DNA of 64,000 bases from Escherichia coli (GCF_003790525.1 NZ_CP033635.1), one strand, 5' to 3'; shown: positions 32,864 through 44,468, counted from the stretch's first letter. The notes: generated from the letters alone by a model not told the origin. A program made the numbers and translations.

Positions 32864-33208
32864 GTGATATCGATGTCAGGTGAGAAACCAAGATACCGCG
32901 TTCTGCGCCTCTCTCATATCCATAACACTCTGTGGCCGGAGGGGGCAGAAATCGAATACGAAGGTGAGCCCGGTAGCGCACTGGAACCTGTTAACGATGC
33001 AGCCAGACAGGCAAAAGCAAAAATTGCAGGAAAGGTGTCAATGGCAGCAACCAGCACCAAAATCATCAACGATGTGTCAGATGATGGTGAACTGGATAAG
33101 CTCCGTGAAGAGTACGAATTGCTCTTTAACGAGAAGCCACACCATAACGCCAAAGCCGAAACGCTCCGCGAGAAGATCGCAGATAAGCGTAAAGAACTGG
33201 GCGTGTAA
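32864..33208 (+). CDS. hypothetical virion protein
   Basis: 114 aa ORF in structural operon. Confidence 0.3.
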   Translation: MISMSGEKPRYRVLRLSHIHNTLWPEGAEIEYEGEPGSALEPVNDAARQAKAKIAGKVSMAATSTKIINDVSDDGELDKLREEYELLFNEKPHHNAKAETLREKIADKRKELGV

Positions 33209-33252
33209 GCCTCGCGGATCAGACAAGGGGCTTCGGCCCCTTTATTGCAGGA

Positions 33253-33582
33253 GTGTATATGGAACTCGTAAACCTCAAAACCGGCACTGACAGCTACCAG
33301 GATGAGAGCGGAGAAACCAGAACTCGCGATGAATACCCGTGGGGGCTGTGCATCACTCTTAATAACGACACATTGAATAAGCTGAAGGCGCAACCTCAGG
33401 GCGTCGGAACAGAAGTGATGATAACTGCAAAGGCTGTTATTCGAGGCCTGTCTGCCAGAGAAACTGACGATGGTGTTAATCGCAGCGCCGATCTGCAGAT
33501 CACTGATATGGCGATCGCTCCTGTTTCCGGGGATGTAGAAAAATCAGCGGCTGAAACCCTGTACGGCAATGGGGGTGAGTAA
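33253..33582 (+). CDS. hypothetical virion protein
   Basis: 109 aa ORF in structural operon. Confidence 0.3.
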   Translation: MYMELVNLKTGTDSYQDESGETRTRDEYPWGLCITLNNDTLNKLKAQPQGVGTEVMITAKAVIRGLSARETDDGVNRSADLQITDMAIAPVSGDVEKSAAETLYGNGGE

Positions 33583-34187
33583 TGGCCTCTGTAGTAGAGA
33601 TCTGCAATCGTGCGCTGTCCAATATTGGCAATAGCCGCAGCATTAACAGCCTGACGGAAGCCAGCAAGGAAGCGGGGGAATGTTCGCTGCACTTTGAGGC
33701 CTGCCGTGATGCTGTGCTTTCTGATTTTGACTGGAACTTTGCTACCAAACGCGTGGCGCTTGCAGATACGAGCAATCCACCGCCTGACTGGGAATATGCG
33801 TACCAGTACCCGTCAGATTGTCTGCGCATTACTGAAATTATGCTTCCTGGTGTACGCAATCCAACAGCAGCAATGCGCGTTCAGTACGAAGTTGGTGCAG
33901 ACACCAACGGAACAGGAAAGTTGATCTACACAGACCAGCCTCAGGCATGGCTCAAGTATGTCTCTCTCGTTACAGATGTGAACATGTTTGATGCCATTTT
34001 TATGGAGGCGTTGGCCTGGCGTCTTGCGGCAGCTATTAACATGGCGCTGACTGGGAATGCAGACCTCGGTACGTTTGCCCTCAATATGTACAATCGCGTG
34101 ATTCTTAGTGCTGGCTCGCATAGCCAGAATGAATCACAGGAACCACAGCCACCGGTTGATGAGTTTACCATTGCGAGGTTGTCCTGA
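33582..34187 (+). CDS. hypothetical virion protein (possible head-tail adaptor)
   Basis: 201 aa, coupled. Confidence 0.35.
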   Translation: MASVVEICNRALSNIGNSRSINSLTEASKEAGECSLHFEACRDAVLSDFDWNFATKRVALADTSNPPPDWEYAYQYPSDCLRITEIMLPGVRNPTAAMRVQYEVGADTNGTGKLIYTDQPQAWLKYVSLVTDVNMFDAIFMEALAWRLAAAINMALTGNADLGTFALNMYNRVILSAGSHSQNESQEPQPPVDEFTIARLS

Positions 34188-36658
34188 TGGCTATCAGTTG
34201 GATCCAGCCCAGCTTTGCCGGTGGTGAGATTGGACCGTCGTTGTACGGGCGTATTGACATGGCGAAGTACCAGGTAGCATTGCGCAAGTGCGATAACTTT
34301 ATCGTGCGGCAGTATGGCGGCGTTGAGAATCGACCTGGTACGCGTTTTGTCGGTGCCGCCAAATACCCAAATCGGAAATGCCGCCTGATCCCGTTCCAAT
34401 TCTCGACGGTTCAGACTTATGCTCTGGAGTTCGGACACCAGTACATGCGCGTTATCAAAGATGGTGCGTTGGTGCTGAACAGCAGCAATGTTATTTATGA
34501 AATTGCCACGCCATATACTGAAGCCGATCTGTTCCGAATTAAATTCACGCAAAGCGCCGACGTGCTTACGCTGGTTCACCCGGCATACCCGCCGAAAGAG
34601 CTGCGCCGCTATGCGCATGACAACTGGCAACTGGTTGATGTGGTAACGAAGAACGGGCCATTTGAAGATATCAATATTGATGAGTCAGTGACGGTTTATG
34701 CCAGCGCCAGCACCGGGACAATTACGTTAACGGCAAGCGCCTCTATTTTTGGCGCGGAGCAGGTAGGCAAATTGTTCTATCTGGAACAGCCTGCAGTGGA
34801 TTCTGTGCCGGTATGGGAAACCAGTAAGAGTACGTCGATTGGCGATATTCGCCGTGCAGACAGTAACTACTATCGCGCCGTTACAGCAGGCAAAACAGGC
34901 ACTTTGCGCCCTTCGCATACAGAAGGCACATCATGGGATGGCTGGGGCGGATCCGGTGATGATGATACTGGCATTGAGTGGGAGTATCTGCACAGTGGTT
35001 TTGGCATTGCCCGTATAACTGCTGTAAATGGCACTACTGCAACTGCTGAGGTGATTTCCTATATCCCTTCGCAGGTCGTTGGCGAGGATAATGCCAGCTA
35101 TAAATGGGCTAAATATGCCTGGAACAGTGTTAATGGTTATCCTGGCACTGTTGTTTATTATCAACAACGTCTTTACTTCGCCGCATCGACTGCGTTCCCT
35201 CAGACCATCTGGGCCAGCCGTACCGGGGATTATAAGGATTTTGGCAAAAGCAATCCTACGCAGGATGACGACAGAATTATCTACACCTATGCCGGGCGTC
35301 AGGTTAATGAGATCCGTCACCTGATTGATGTTGGTTCTCTGGTGGCGCTGACTTCCGGAGGTGAGTACGTCATCACCGGCGACCAGAACAAAGTGTTAAC
35401 CCCATCATCATTTGCATTCAGCTCTCAGGGATCAAATGGCTCGAGTAATGTCCCACCAATTGCCGTAGCGAATATTGCTCTGTTCGTCCAGGAGAAAGGC
35501 AGTGTTGTCCGTGATCTGGCCTACTCATTCGATGTTGACGGCTATCAGGGGAACGACCTGACCATCCTTGCCAATCATCTTTTTCAGAAGCACAGCATTG
35601 TTGACTGGTGCTTCTCGATTGTCCCTTACTCCAGCGCCTTCTGCATCCGTGATGACGGTAAATTACTGGTGATGACCTATTTGCGTGATCAACAGGTTTT
35701 TGCATGGGCACCACAGTCCAGTACCGGAAAATATGAAAGCACATGCAGTATCAGCGAAGGCAATGAAGATGCGGTGTATTTCGTCGTTAACCGAACCGTT
35801 AACGGGCAAACAGTGAGATACATCGAGAGACTGTCCAGCCGTTTATTTACCAGCGATGAAGATGCTTTCTTTGTTGATTCTGGCCTTAGCTATGATGGAA
35901 GAAATACGTCTGACAGAACGATGACCATCACTGGTGGTTCTGGTGAATGGGATTACCGCGCGGAATATACAATCAGTGTTTCTGGTGGTGCGTACTTCAC
36001 CAGTAGTGATGTCGGTGCGCAACTACAGTTCCCTTATACCGGAACTGATCCTGATACTGGCGATGAAGTGTCAAAAGAATTACGTTGCGACATTATTTCT
36101 GTAACCAGCAATACCGCTGTAGTGGTTCGTGCTAACAGGAACGTCCCGCCATCCCTCAGGAATGTGGCCACCACGAACTGGCAGATGGCGCGCCGGACAT
36201 TTGGAGGCCTGTCTCATCTTGAAGGCCAGACCGTAAACATTCTTTCTGATGCGAATGTTGAGCCACAGAAAGTTGTTTCCGGAGGTGCCGTCACACTGGA
36301 ATCACCGGGGGCTGTAGTGCACATCGGCCTGCCAATAACTGCTGAATTCGAAACACTGGATATCAACATTAACGGACAGGAAACGCTGCTGGACAAAAAA
36401 CAGGTGATCCCCTCCGTTACTCTGGTTGTGAATGCCAGCCGCGGCATCTGGGCGACTACGCCTGGCGGTAAATGGTACGAACATCCACAGCGTGAATTCG
36501 AGTTCTACGATGATCCTGTTGATGATGCTACCGGAAAAGTAGAAGTGAAACTGGACAGTAACTGGGGCAAAAACGGACGTGTAAAAATCCGTCAGCTTGA
36601 CCCGTTGCCGCTGTCTGTTCTTGCCGTTATTCCTCGCCTTACTGTTGGGGGATTCTGA
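34187..36658 (+). CDS. large tail tube/nozzle-type structural protein
   Basis: 823 aa in tail region of a podovirus-like module. Confidence 0.4.
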   Translation: MAISWIQPSFAGGEIGPSLYGRIDMAKYQVALRKCDNFIVRQYGGVENRPGTRFVGAAKYPNRKCRLIPFQFSTVQTYALEFGHQYMRVIKDGALVLNSSNVIYEIATPYTEADLFRIKFTQSADVLTLVHPAYPPKELRRYAHDNWQLVDVVTKNGPFEDINIDESVTVYASASTGTITLTASASIFGAEQVGKLFYLEQPAVDSVPVWETSKSTSIGDIRRADSNYYRAVTAGKTGTLRPSHTEGTSWDGWGGSGDDDTGIEWEYLHSGFGIARITAVNGTTATAEVISYIPSQVVGEDNASYKWAKYAWNSVNGYPGTVVYYQQRLYFAASTAFPQTIWASRTGDYKDFGKSNPTQDDDRIIYTYAGRQVNEIRHLIDVGSLVALTSGGEYVITGDQNKVLTPSSFAFSSQGSNGSSNVPPIAVANIALFVQEKGSVVRDLAYSFDVDGYQGNDLTILANHLFQKHSIVDWCFSIVPYSSAFCIRDDGKLLVMTYLRDQQVFAWAPQSSTGKYESTCSISEGNEDAVYFVVNRTVNGQTVRYIERLSSRLFTSDEDAFFVDSGLSYDGRNTSDRTMTITGGSGEWDYRAEYTISVSGGAYFTSSDVGAQLQFPYTGTDPDTGDEVSKELRCDIISVTSNTAVVVRANRNVPPSLRNVATTNWQMARRTFGGLSHLEGQTVNILSDANVEPQKVVSGGAVTLESPGAVVHIGLPITAEFETLDININGQETLLDKKQVIPSVTLVVNASRGIWATTPGGKWYEHPQREFEFYDDPVDDATGKVEVKLDSNWGKNGRVKIRQLDPLPLSVLAVIPRLTVGGF

Positions 36659-37122
36659 TGATCGATGTTCGAATTATTCCCGCTACCGAAGAGCATCTTC
36701 AGATGATTTTGCCGGATGTTCGTCAGGCTGATATTGACGAACTGTATGCGGTATCGCTGATGACTACCGAAGATGCGCTGCGCGTTGGTCTGCGCACTGC
36801 GACTATGGCCTGGTCAGGGTTCGCGAACGGAGAACTGGTAACCATGTTTGGTGTATCTCCGGCGTCAATGATCGGTGGCAATGGTACACCCTGGCTGGTC
36901 GGGACCAGCCGTATTGAAAAATATCAGAAGACATTTCTGCGCCACTGCCGCCCTGTATTGCAGCAGATGCTGGCAGTTTATCCGCGCCTGGAAAACTACG
37001 TCGACGAGCGAAACTATGTTGCCAAAGCATGGCTGCACTGGCTTGGATTCAGGCTTGAAGAGGCCGCGCCTTATGGTGCTCTTGGTCTTAATTTCCACAG
37101 ATTTCACATGGAGAGAAAATAA
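36658..37122 (+). CDS. hypothetical virion protein
   Basis: 154 aa, coupled. Confidence 0.3.
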   Translation: MIDVRIIPATEEHLQMILPDVRQADIDELYAVSLMTTEDALRVGLRTATMAWSGFANGELVTMFGVSPASMIGGNGTPWLVGTSRIEKYQKTFLRHCRPVLQQMLAVYPRLENYVDERNYVAKAWLHWLGFRLEEAAPYGALGLNFHRFHMERK

Positions 37123-37667
37123 TGTGCGATCCGGTTATTGCTGGTGGCGCAATGCTCGCCATGAGTGGCATTCAGGCATACACCCAGTACCAACAGGGAA
37201 AGTATGCCTCGAAGGTTGCAGAAGCGAACGCAGATATAGCCACTGCTCAGGCAAATGATGCAATAAACATAGGTAACGCTGAAGCTGAGCAACGGCGCAG
37301 AGAGACCCGACAGCGGCTTGGTACACAGGCGGCGACAATGGGGGCTACCGGCGCTGATTTATCTACAGGTAACGCGCTGGATATATTTGGCGACACTGCT
37401 CAGTTTGGCGCTCTTGATGCGCTGACGACGGTGAATAACGCGCAACGCGAGGCTTACGGTTATCAGATGCAGGCTGCTAACTATAAAGCAGAAGCCAGTT
37501 CAGCCCGTAAACAGGGGAATGTGGGAGCAGCAACAACATTGCTCACTGCGCCTCTGAAGGCATACGGTGCGTACCAGATGTTTGGTGGGACGTGGAGTCC
37601 GTTTACTCAAAGCACTCCTGCGCCAATCGGGGCAGCAGCAGGAACCAGATTACCCGGAGGATTATAA
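37122..37667 (+). CDS. hypothetical virion protein (Ala/Gln-rich)
   Basis: 181 aa; TAATG overlap with next gene. Confidence 0.3.
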   Translation: MCDPVIAGGAMLAMSGIQAYTQYQQGKYASKVAEANADIATAQANDAINIGNAEAEQRRRETRQRLGTQAATMGATGADLSTGNALDIFGDTAQFGALDALTTVNNAQREAYGYQMQAANYKAEASSARKQGNVGAATTLLTAPLKAYGAYQMFGGTWSPFTQSTPAPIGAAAGTRLPGGL

Positions 37668-40180
37668 TGCCAGTCGTACCAACAGTATCCGGACGTCAGG
37701 TTGAGAGCCGTGGAGTTCAGTCAGCAGGCTTGCAGACGTTTTCTCAGCCAGGTATTGGTGATGCTTTTGTTCTGGCAGGGGAAGAGGCAATTGATGTTTT
37801 TGGGCAGGCAAAACAGCGTGCCAATATTGCCTTGGCTCAGGAGGCATCTCTTAACCTCAGTCAGATAAGCAGTGATTTGCTGAATAATCCTGAAACAGGA
37901 TTGCTTAACCTGAAAGGGAAAAATGCTATTGGAAAAGGCCATGAGTATACGCAGCAGTTTGATGCTCAGGTCGAACAATTGGCTATGTCGCTGCCGGATG
38001 AACAGGCTCGTAATGCTTTCATGCAGCAGGCGCAGCAGCAGCGCATTCAGTTCACTACGCAGGCCGGGCGGCACGAGATAGGGCAAATAAATGCCTACGA
38101 AGAAGGCCAGTTTCAGGCGACGCTGCTGAACAATGGTAAAAATGCCGCAGCATTGTATGGCGACAACGCCGCATACGTATTGGCTAATAAGCAAACTTTC
38201 CAGCAAATTGAGGATTACGGCATTGCGCATGGCTGGAGCGACGAGCAAATCCAGGCCAAGAAAATCGAGTTTAAAGAGAAGGTTGCTGATGCCGCATTGT
38301 CCCAGTGGTCGGCAAACAATGCGACCGCATTCATCCAAAGTAATGGCGAGTTAAGTGATACTGCTGCTGGAGCTCGCCGTGCTGTAGCAGATAGTGACTC
38401 TTCCGAGCGTGCCCGTGGCATACGCAACAATAACCCAGGAAATCTCGAATACAGCAAAACTAATCCGTGGGTAGGCCAGACCGGTGATGATGGTCGATTT
38501 GCTAAATTCGAAACACCTGAACACGGGATTCGTGCATTAGGGCGGAACCTGATGTCGTATCAGAGGCAGGGTATTGATACCGTCAGCGAGATAATTAATC
38601 GCTGGGCACCGCCTACTGATAAAAATGACACTATGTCGTATATCAAAGCAGTGTGCGAACAACTTGGCGTTTCTGCTGATGAGCCTCTCGATGCATCTAA
38701 TCCTGATACCCTGAAGGCGCTTTGTGCAGCCATTATCCATCATGAGAACGGTAGCCAGCCATACAGTGATCAGCAGTTAACTGCTGGTGTCAGTGCAGCA
38801 CTTGGTTTATCAACAATTCCAACCAACATCAAACGCTATACCGGTAATGCAGCATTCGATGCGGCATCTCCTGAGGCGCAGGCAAGTTTTATGCGACAGG
38901 CGGATCAACTGCGTCGGCAGCAGCAGGCTGAATATAAAACGATGATTGACAGCCAGGTTCGCGATGCGACAGCTGCGTATATGCGTGGCGTTGAATTTCC
39001 TAACCCACCTGGTGAGGCTGATTTTATTGCAGCTTATGGAGTCAGAGAAGGAAACCTGCGATATACCGAGTTCAGAAATGCGCAAATCGCCGGACAGTAT
39101 ATAGGCTCTTTCCGCAACATGCCGACAAGCAGCATTACATCATATGTTGAGCAATTACGCCCGGATACTGGTGAGACAGGGGAGGGTTATGCGGCACGAG
39201 CCGCTCTTTATGACAACGTTGTGTCGGCTGCAAGTCAGGTGATAAAGCAGCGACAGGCTGATCCTGTACAGTTCTCTCTTGCCGCCGGACAGGCAAAGCC
39301 TATCGACATGAGCAATAAGGATAACTTTGGACAGAGCGTTGCCTTGCGTGCCGCTCAGGTCAGTGACCTTGCTAAGTCATATGGCACTCCACTGACGTTC
39401 TTTTCCAAAGACGAGGCCAATCAGATCGGTGTTTTCTTTCGTGATGCGCCCGTTTCCCAACAGGCAGCATATCTCGATACCATCAGGCAGAGCACTGGTG
39501 GTGGGCAGGTGTATATGTCAGCACTACAGCAGATCAGTGCCAACGCTCCATCTGCTGCCGTTGCCGGGATACTGATGGATAAGCCAGGTGGTATTTTGGC
39601 AGAAAAAAACTGGTTTAATCCGGATGTTTCCGTGTCTCCTGAAACCGCTGCGCAGACAATTCTTGCTGGCGCGGCGGCTCGTAAAGGTACTGATGACGCG
39701 AAAGGTATTCCGATGCCTAAAGATGCTGATCTTCGCCTTGAGTTTTCTGACATGGTGAAGGATGCATTTGCTGGTGATGCTCAGGGGGCATCAATGGCAT
39801 ACGAGATCGCAAAGGACTATTACGCTGGTGTGATGGCGAAAAAAGGCGTGGTATCAGGCGAAATTGACAATGATATCTGGAAACAGGCTGTTAACGTAGC
39901 TACAGGTGGCGTGCATGACTATAACGGAATGGGGAATGTTCTTTTGCCGTGGGGAATGTCTGCAGAGCAATTCGATAAGCAGGTTAATCAGGCTTGGAAT
40001 GAACAAGTTGTTGGCACAGGGATAAAAACACCGCCTGGTCAGTATGGTTTGCAAAGTTACGGCGATAGTCAGTACCTGGTGAAACTTGGTACTGGTTATC
40101 TGCTAAAAGATGATGGTTCTCCCGTTGTTCTTGATCTGACACAGAAGCGTCAGAGATTCTCCGGAGATATTCCGAAATGA
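37667..40180 (+). CDS. internal virion/ejection protein
   Basis: Start MPVVPTVSGRQ with SD GGAGGATTATA; 837 aa. Confidence 0.4.
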   Translation: MPVVPTVSGRQVESRGVQSAGLQTFSQPGIGDAFVLAGEEAIDVFGQAKQRANIALAQEASLNLSQISSDLLNNPETGLLNLKGKNAIGKGHEYTQQFDAQVEQLAMSLPDEQARNAFMQQAQQQRIQFTTQAGRHEIGQINAYEEGQFQATLLNNGKNAAALYGDNAAYVLANKQTFQQIEDYGIAHGWSDEQIQAKKIEFKEKVADAALSQWSANNATAFIQSNGELSDTAAGARRAVADSDSSERARGIRNNNPGNLEYSKTNPWVGQTGDDGRFAKFETPEHGIRALGRNLMSYQRQGIDTVSEIINRWAPPTDKNDTMSYIKAVCEQLGVSADEPLDASNPDTLKALCAAIIHHENGSQPYSDQQLTAGVSAALGLSTIPTNIKRYTGNAAFDAASPEAQASFMRQADQLRRQQQAEYKTMIDSQVRDATAAYMRGVEFPNPPGEADFIAAYGVREGNLRYTEFRNAQIAGQYIGSFRNMPTSSITSYVEQLRPDTGETGEGYAARAALYDNVVSAASQVIKQRQADPVQFSLAAGQAKPIDMSNKDNFGQSVALRAAQVSDLAKSYGTPLTFFSKDEANQIGVFFRDAPVSQQAAYLDTIRQSTGGGQVYMSALQQISANAPSAAVAGILMDKPGGILAEKNWFNPDVSVSPETAAQTILAGAAARKGTDDAKGIPMPKDADLRLEFSDMVKDAFAGDAQGASMAYEIAKDYYAGVMAKKGVVSGEIDNDIWKQAVNVATGGVHDYNGMGNVLLPWGMSAEQFDKQVNQAWNEQVVGTGIKTPPGQYGLQSYGDSQYLVKLGTGYLLKDDGSPVVLDLTQKRQRFSGDIPK

Positions 40181-41979
40181 GTTACTTTGGCCTTAATCCA
40201 GTAAACCAGAATCAGCAGCTTGACGAAGCAGCATCAAATCCAGTTGGCTTTAACAGCGATGTTGGTTTTTTCGACAATGCTGTAGGAGCGGCATTGTCTG
40301 GTTTGTACTCCGGGCTGGTGGCAAAGCCTGATCAGTTGCTCTGGGCAGGGATGGATAAAATCGTATCCCCGATTGCTCAGTTTGTTAACGAAAACACCTC
40401 GCTCAATGACACTTCAGTTTCATACATTGCCGAGCAGAGAAAACTAGCAGAGCAGCAGGTTAAGCGGCTGACGCCTGATGCCGCGACAACCGGAACCGCC
40501 GGGCAGGTTCTTTATGGGTTGTTCGATATGGGCGGGCAGGCTGTTATCGGTACAACGCTCGGTGGTCCGGTCGGAGGTGCTGCGGCGGTAACTTCGCTAC
40601 AGGGTTTTTCTGAGTTTGAACGGCTGACAGCACAGGGTGTTGATTTCAGGACGGCGCAGGAAGCGGGATTAGTGCAGGGTATTACTGCTGGTGCCGGAAC
40701 ACTGATCCCTATGAGCCTCGGGTTACGTGCTGGTGGTGCGCTGGCGGAAGGTGTGGCGGCTCAGCTTGCGCGGACGGGTGAAAGTTCAGTGCGACGCGCC
40801 GCAGCAACAGCAGTACGTGCAACGCCAGATATTGCCTATGCCGCAGGTACAAATATTGCGTTCGGTATGGCACAGCGTGGGCTTACTGCAAAAACGCTTC
40901 GTGATGGTGGCTATAGCGAAATGGCTAACCAGTATGATGTGTTGGATCGACAGGCAATTGCTATTGATGCTGTTCTTGGGGTGGCGTTTGGTGGTGTCGG
41001 CAGATTTATTAACTCTCGCGGCGAGTCTACAAGCGCACCAAATTTTTCACCAGTTGATATCGATGCTGCACTGGCGGCGAATGCCGCTCATCATGCTGAA
41101 ATTGATATTGCTCCCGGTGTGCCGATCAACGTGCTTTCGCGTAATTCGCACATTCAGGCTCTGCGAAAAGCCATGTCTGATGTTAGCCAGGGGAGACCTG
41201 TAGACGTTGCCAGCATTGTTGAGTCTGCATCTTTCAGTGAAATTCCTGGGCGCAAGAGTCTGCTTTCTCAGGCAGTTAATGAGGCTCTGTCATCTGTAGA
41301 TGATGGAGTAACGGCGCGCGCTATAGAAAATCGGTTGCTTGAAGAACAGGCCGCGCAGCTTTTGCCGCGTGGCGATAGACAGGTTTACCAGTCTGAAATC
41401 GCTAATAGCCAACGAATTATTGAAAATCTCACTGAACAGCGCGCACAAATTCTTGCAGAAGAGCCAACCGGTAGCGGTAAAGCTTTGTCTCGTGCTCGAT
41501 CAGATAAACAGGCCAGACTTCGCGATATTGATCAACGAATCCGGCAGGCACAAGAACGCCTGGAGTTTTCCCGTAACGCGTTGGCTCCGCACGAGCCTGG
41601 CGGTCAGTTTTTTGAAGCTCGAGCAGAACTGGCACGACGACAGCAGGCAGAAAGTGAACTTAATGCTCAGGCTGTTTCATTCTATAAAACAGCAGAGGTC
41701 AGGACGCCAGACGAAGTAGCTCCTTTTGAGCCCGGTAAGATATTGCAACAGACAGAACAAAAAATGATGGCAGATCCGGCAGGAGATATTGATCTGCGTA
41801 TAGCTGAAGACTCGCTGCTTGAATCTCCGGACATGATAATCACCGTGCTGGATGATGATGGTAATCCACAATCGCGCAGTGCGCGTGAAGTACTGGATGA
41901 AGCGAACAGGGAAAGTGAGCAGGCAATACAGGATTCCAGCCTGTTTGATGTTGCTGTGGCGTGTTTCTTGAGAGGTTAA
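40177..41979 (+). CDS. internal virion/ejection protein
   Basis: 600 aa, Ala/Gly-rich N-terminal half. Confidence 0.35.
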   Translation: MSYFGLNPVNQNQQLDEAASNPVGFNSDVGFFDNAVGAALSGLYSGLVAKPDQLLWAGMDKIVSPIAQFVNENTSLNDTSVSYIAEQRKLAEQQVKRLTPDAATTGTAGQVLYGLFDMGGQAVIGTTLGGPVGGAAAVTSLQGFSEFERLTAQGVDFRTAQEAGLVQGITAGAGTLIPMSLGLRAGGALAEGVAAQLARTGESSVRRAAATAVRATPDIAYAAGTNIAFGMAQRGLTAKTLRDGGYSEMANQYDVLDRQAIAIDAVLGVAFGGVGRFINSRGESTSAPNFSPVDIDAALAANAAHHAEIDIAPGVPINVLSRNSHIQALRKAMSDVSQGRPVDVASIVESASFSEIPGRKSLLSQAVNEALSSVDDGVTARAIENRLLEEQAAQLLPRGDRQVYQSEIANSQRIIENLTEQRAQILAEEPTGSGKALSRARSDKQARLRDIDQRIRQAQERLEFSRNALAPHEPGGQFFEARAELARRQQAESELNAQAVSFYKTAEVRTPDEVAPFEPGKILQQTEQKMMADPAGDIDLRIAEDSLLESPDMIITVLDDDGNPQSRSAREVLDEANRESEQAIQDSSLFDVAVACFLRG

Positions 41980-41984
41980 ATTAA

Positions 41985-44459
41985 ATGAGACAGGAATGTA
42001 TACAAGCGGTCCAGCAGGCGGCGCAGCGCACGTTAACGGCGCGAGAAATACAGAACATTGAAGACCGCATTTATCGAAATATGCGCTCCATTGCTCGTGA
42101 TGACCCGATGTCGTGGCGACAACTTTCCGAATCAGAACGGTTGTATCGTGCAGCACAATTGGCATCTGAAGAATTACAGCGAGAAGCGGCATTAAAGAAA
42201 CGTCGTGTGGCCCTCACTATAGCCGCACGTCAGAGATTGGATAAATTTATCAATAGCTATCAAGGGGCTGATGGGAAACTTGGCGCTCTTAACCGTACTA
42301 TTGCTTTTAATGCAGACGGTAAATCGAATTTCCTCTCTGTTGAATCCAGAACAAAAGCCACCCGTGATTATGCATTGAGTCAATTGCAGGAGGCATTCGA
42401 AGCAGTTGATCCTCGCTTTTTTGGTCTGTTTGAAGATGAAGCGGGCGTACGTGACCTGGTATATGAAATGCGGGGGCAAAATACTGGCAATGCTAAAGCA
42501 AGAAAAGGTGCTAAGGCGTGGAGAGAAGTTACAGAGCTGCTGCGCCGCCGGTTTAATGATGCTGGTGGGGACATTGGCTATCTCGAAAACTGGGGGATCC
42601 CTCAACATCATTCTATGGAAAAGGTTGGGGCGGTATCAAAGGATAAGTGGGTTAGCGATGTTATAGGTAAGCTGGATCGCAAATATTATACCCGAGCCGA
42701 TGGACAACTGATGAACGATGCCGAGTTGTCTGAATTTCTTGGAGAGGCTTATAACACGATCGCTACTGGTGGGCTGAATAAGCTTACTGATACCGGAATG
42801 CGAATTTCCGGCGCACGTGCTAACCGTGGTAATGCATCACGACAGATACATTTCAAAGATGCAGATTCCTATCTGCAATATCAGCAACTTTATGGCGATC
42901 GCTCTCTATGGGAAATCATGGTCGGTCACCTGGAAGGTATCAGTAAAGATATTGCGCTGGTGGAAACATATGGCCCAAACCCCGATCATGTTTTCCGCTC
43001 CCTTCTTGATCAGGTTAAGGCAGAAACGGCAACAGCTAACCCGAGTAAAACCGGTAGCGTCGAGCGTCTGGCGAACAAAACAGAGAACTTGTACAACTTT
43101 ATTTCCGGAAAAACACAGCCTGTAGCGAATCCGCACATCGCGCGATGGTCTGACAATATCCGCAACTGGCTGGTTGCCAGCAGACTCGGATCCGCGTTGC
43201 TGTCATCGTTCTCTGATCTTGGAACCATGTATCTGTCTGCGAAGGTTACCAACCTTCCAATGAACCAGTTATTTCGCAACCAGCTTGAAGCTATGGACCC
43301 AACGAACCGTACAGAACTTGCGCGGGCGCGCCGCGCTGGCCTGGCGATGGAATCTCTACTTGGCAGCGTTAACCGCTGGGCGATGGATAATATGGGGCCG
43401 TCTGTGTCTCGTTGGGCGGCAACGGCGGTAATGCGTGCCAGTGGGCTTACAGCATGGTCAGATGCGCACAAGCGCGCCTATGGCGTAACCATGATGGGAA
43501 GCCTGGGAGAAGTAGTGTCACGGACACCAGACCTTCGTAGCCTCGATGACTCTGATTTTCGTATCCTGAAAAGCAAAGGGATTACTGACACAGACTGGAG
43601 CGTATGGAAGCTGGCGCAACAGGAGGACTGGGGGAACGGTAATAATACGATGCTGACACCGGAAAGCATTATGCGTATCCCTGATTCAGCAGTTAAACAT
43701 CTTGGTGAGCCTGAACGCGTGAAATTTGAGGCAATGCGTAAACTGCTCGGTGCCGTAACTGAAGAAGTTGATATGGCTGTTATTACACCGGGCGCACGTG
43801 AACAGATGTTCGTAGGGTCTGGTCTTCAGCGTGGAACATGGAAAGGTGAATTAACGAGAAGTGTTTTCCTGTTTAAATCGTTCCCTATCTCGGTAGTTAT
43901 GCGTCACTGGCATAGAGCTATGGGGATGCCGTCTGCTGGTGGGCGTGCGGCATATATAGCAACGTTTTTAGCAAGCACAACCATGCTTGGTGCTCTTTCC
44001 ATGCAGATTACTGATCTTATTAATGGGAGAAATCCAAAAGAAATGACCGGTGACAACATGGTTAAATTCTGGATAAATGCATTTTTAAAAGGTGGTGGGG
44101 CAGGGTTGTATGGTGATTTTCTTTTCTCTGACCACACCAGGTACGGGAGCGGCGCACTAGCGTCGATGCTTGGCCCGGTAGCTGGTCTGGTTGATGACGT
44201 AGTGAAGATTGCTCAGGGCATACCGTTAAATGCTGTGGAAGGGAAGAATGAGCAGACTGGTGGTGATCTGGTTAAGCTTGGGAAAGGTTTGATGCCTGGT
44301 GCGAATCTCTGGTACTTGAAGGCGGCTCTCGATCACATGATCTTTAATCAGATGCAGGAGTATTTTTCACCAGGCTATTTGCGTAAAATGGAGCAACGTT
44401 CGAAGAAAGAGTTTAACCAGACATACTGGTGGCGACCTCAGGATGTCACTCCGCAATAA
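41985..44459 (+). CDS. large internal virion/ejection protein
   Basis: 824 aa, last gene of core structural block. Confidence 0.4.
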   Translation: MRQECIQAVQQAAQRTLTAREIQNIEDRIYRNMRSIARDDPMSWRQLSESERLYRAAQLASEELQREAALKKRRVALTIAARQRLDKFINSYQGADGKLGALNRTIAFNADGKSNFLSVESRTKATRDYALSQLQEAFEAVDPRFFGLFEDEAGVRDLVYEMRGQNTGNAKARKGAKAWREVTELLRRRFNDAGGDIGYLENWGIPQHHSMEKVGAVSKDKWVSDVIGKLDRKYYTRADGQLMNDAELSEFLGEAYNTIATGGLNKLTDTGMRISGARANRGNASRQIHFKDADSYLQYQQLYGDRSLWEIMVGHLEGISKDIALVETYGPNPDHVFRSLLDQVKAETATANPSKTGSVERLANKTENLYNFISGKTQPVANPHIARWSDNIRNWLVASRLGSALLSSFSDLGTMYLSAKVTNLPMNQLFRNQLEAMDPTNRTELARARRAGLAMESLLGSVNRWAMDNMGPSVSRWAATAVMRASGLTAWSDAHKRAYGVTMMGSLGEVVSRTPDLRSLDDSDFRILKSKGITDTDWSVWKLAQQEDWGNGNNTMLTPESIMRIPDSAVKHLGEPERVKFEAMRKLLGAVTEEVDMAVITPGAREQMFVGSGLQRGTWKGELTRSVFLFKSFPISVVMRHWHRAMGMPSAGGRAAYIATFLASTTMLGALSMQITDLINGRNPKEMTGDNMVKFWINAFLKGGGAGLYGDFLFSDHTRYGSGALASMLGPVAGLVDDVVKIAQGIPLNAVEGKNEQTGGDLVKLGKGLMPGANLWYLKAALDHMIFNQMQEYFSPGYLRKMEQRSKKEFNQTYWWRPQDVTPQ

Positions 44460-44468
44460 GGAACAACA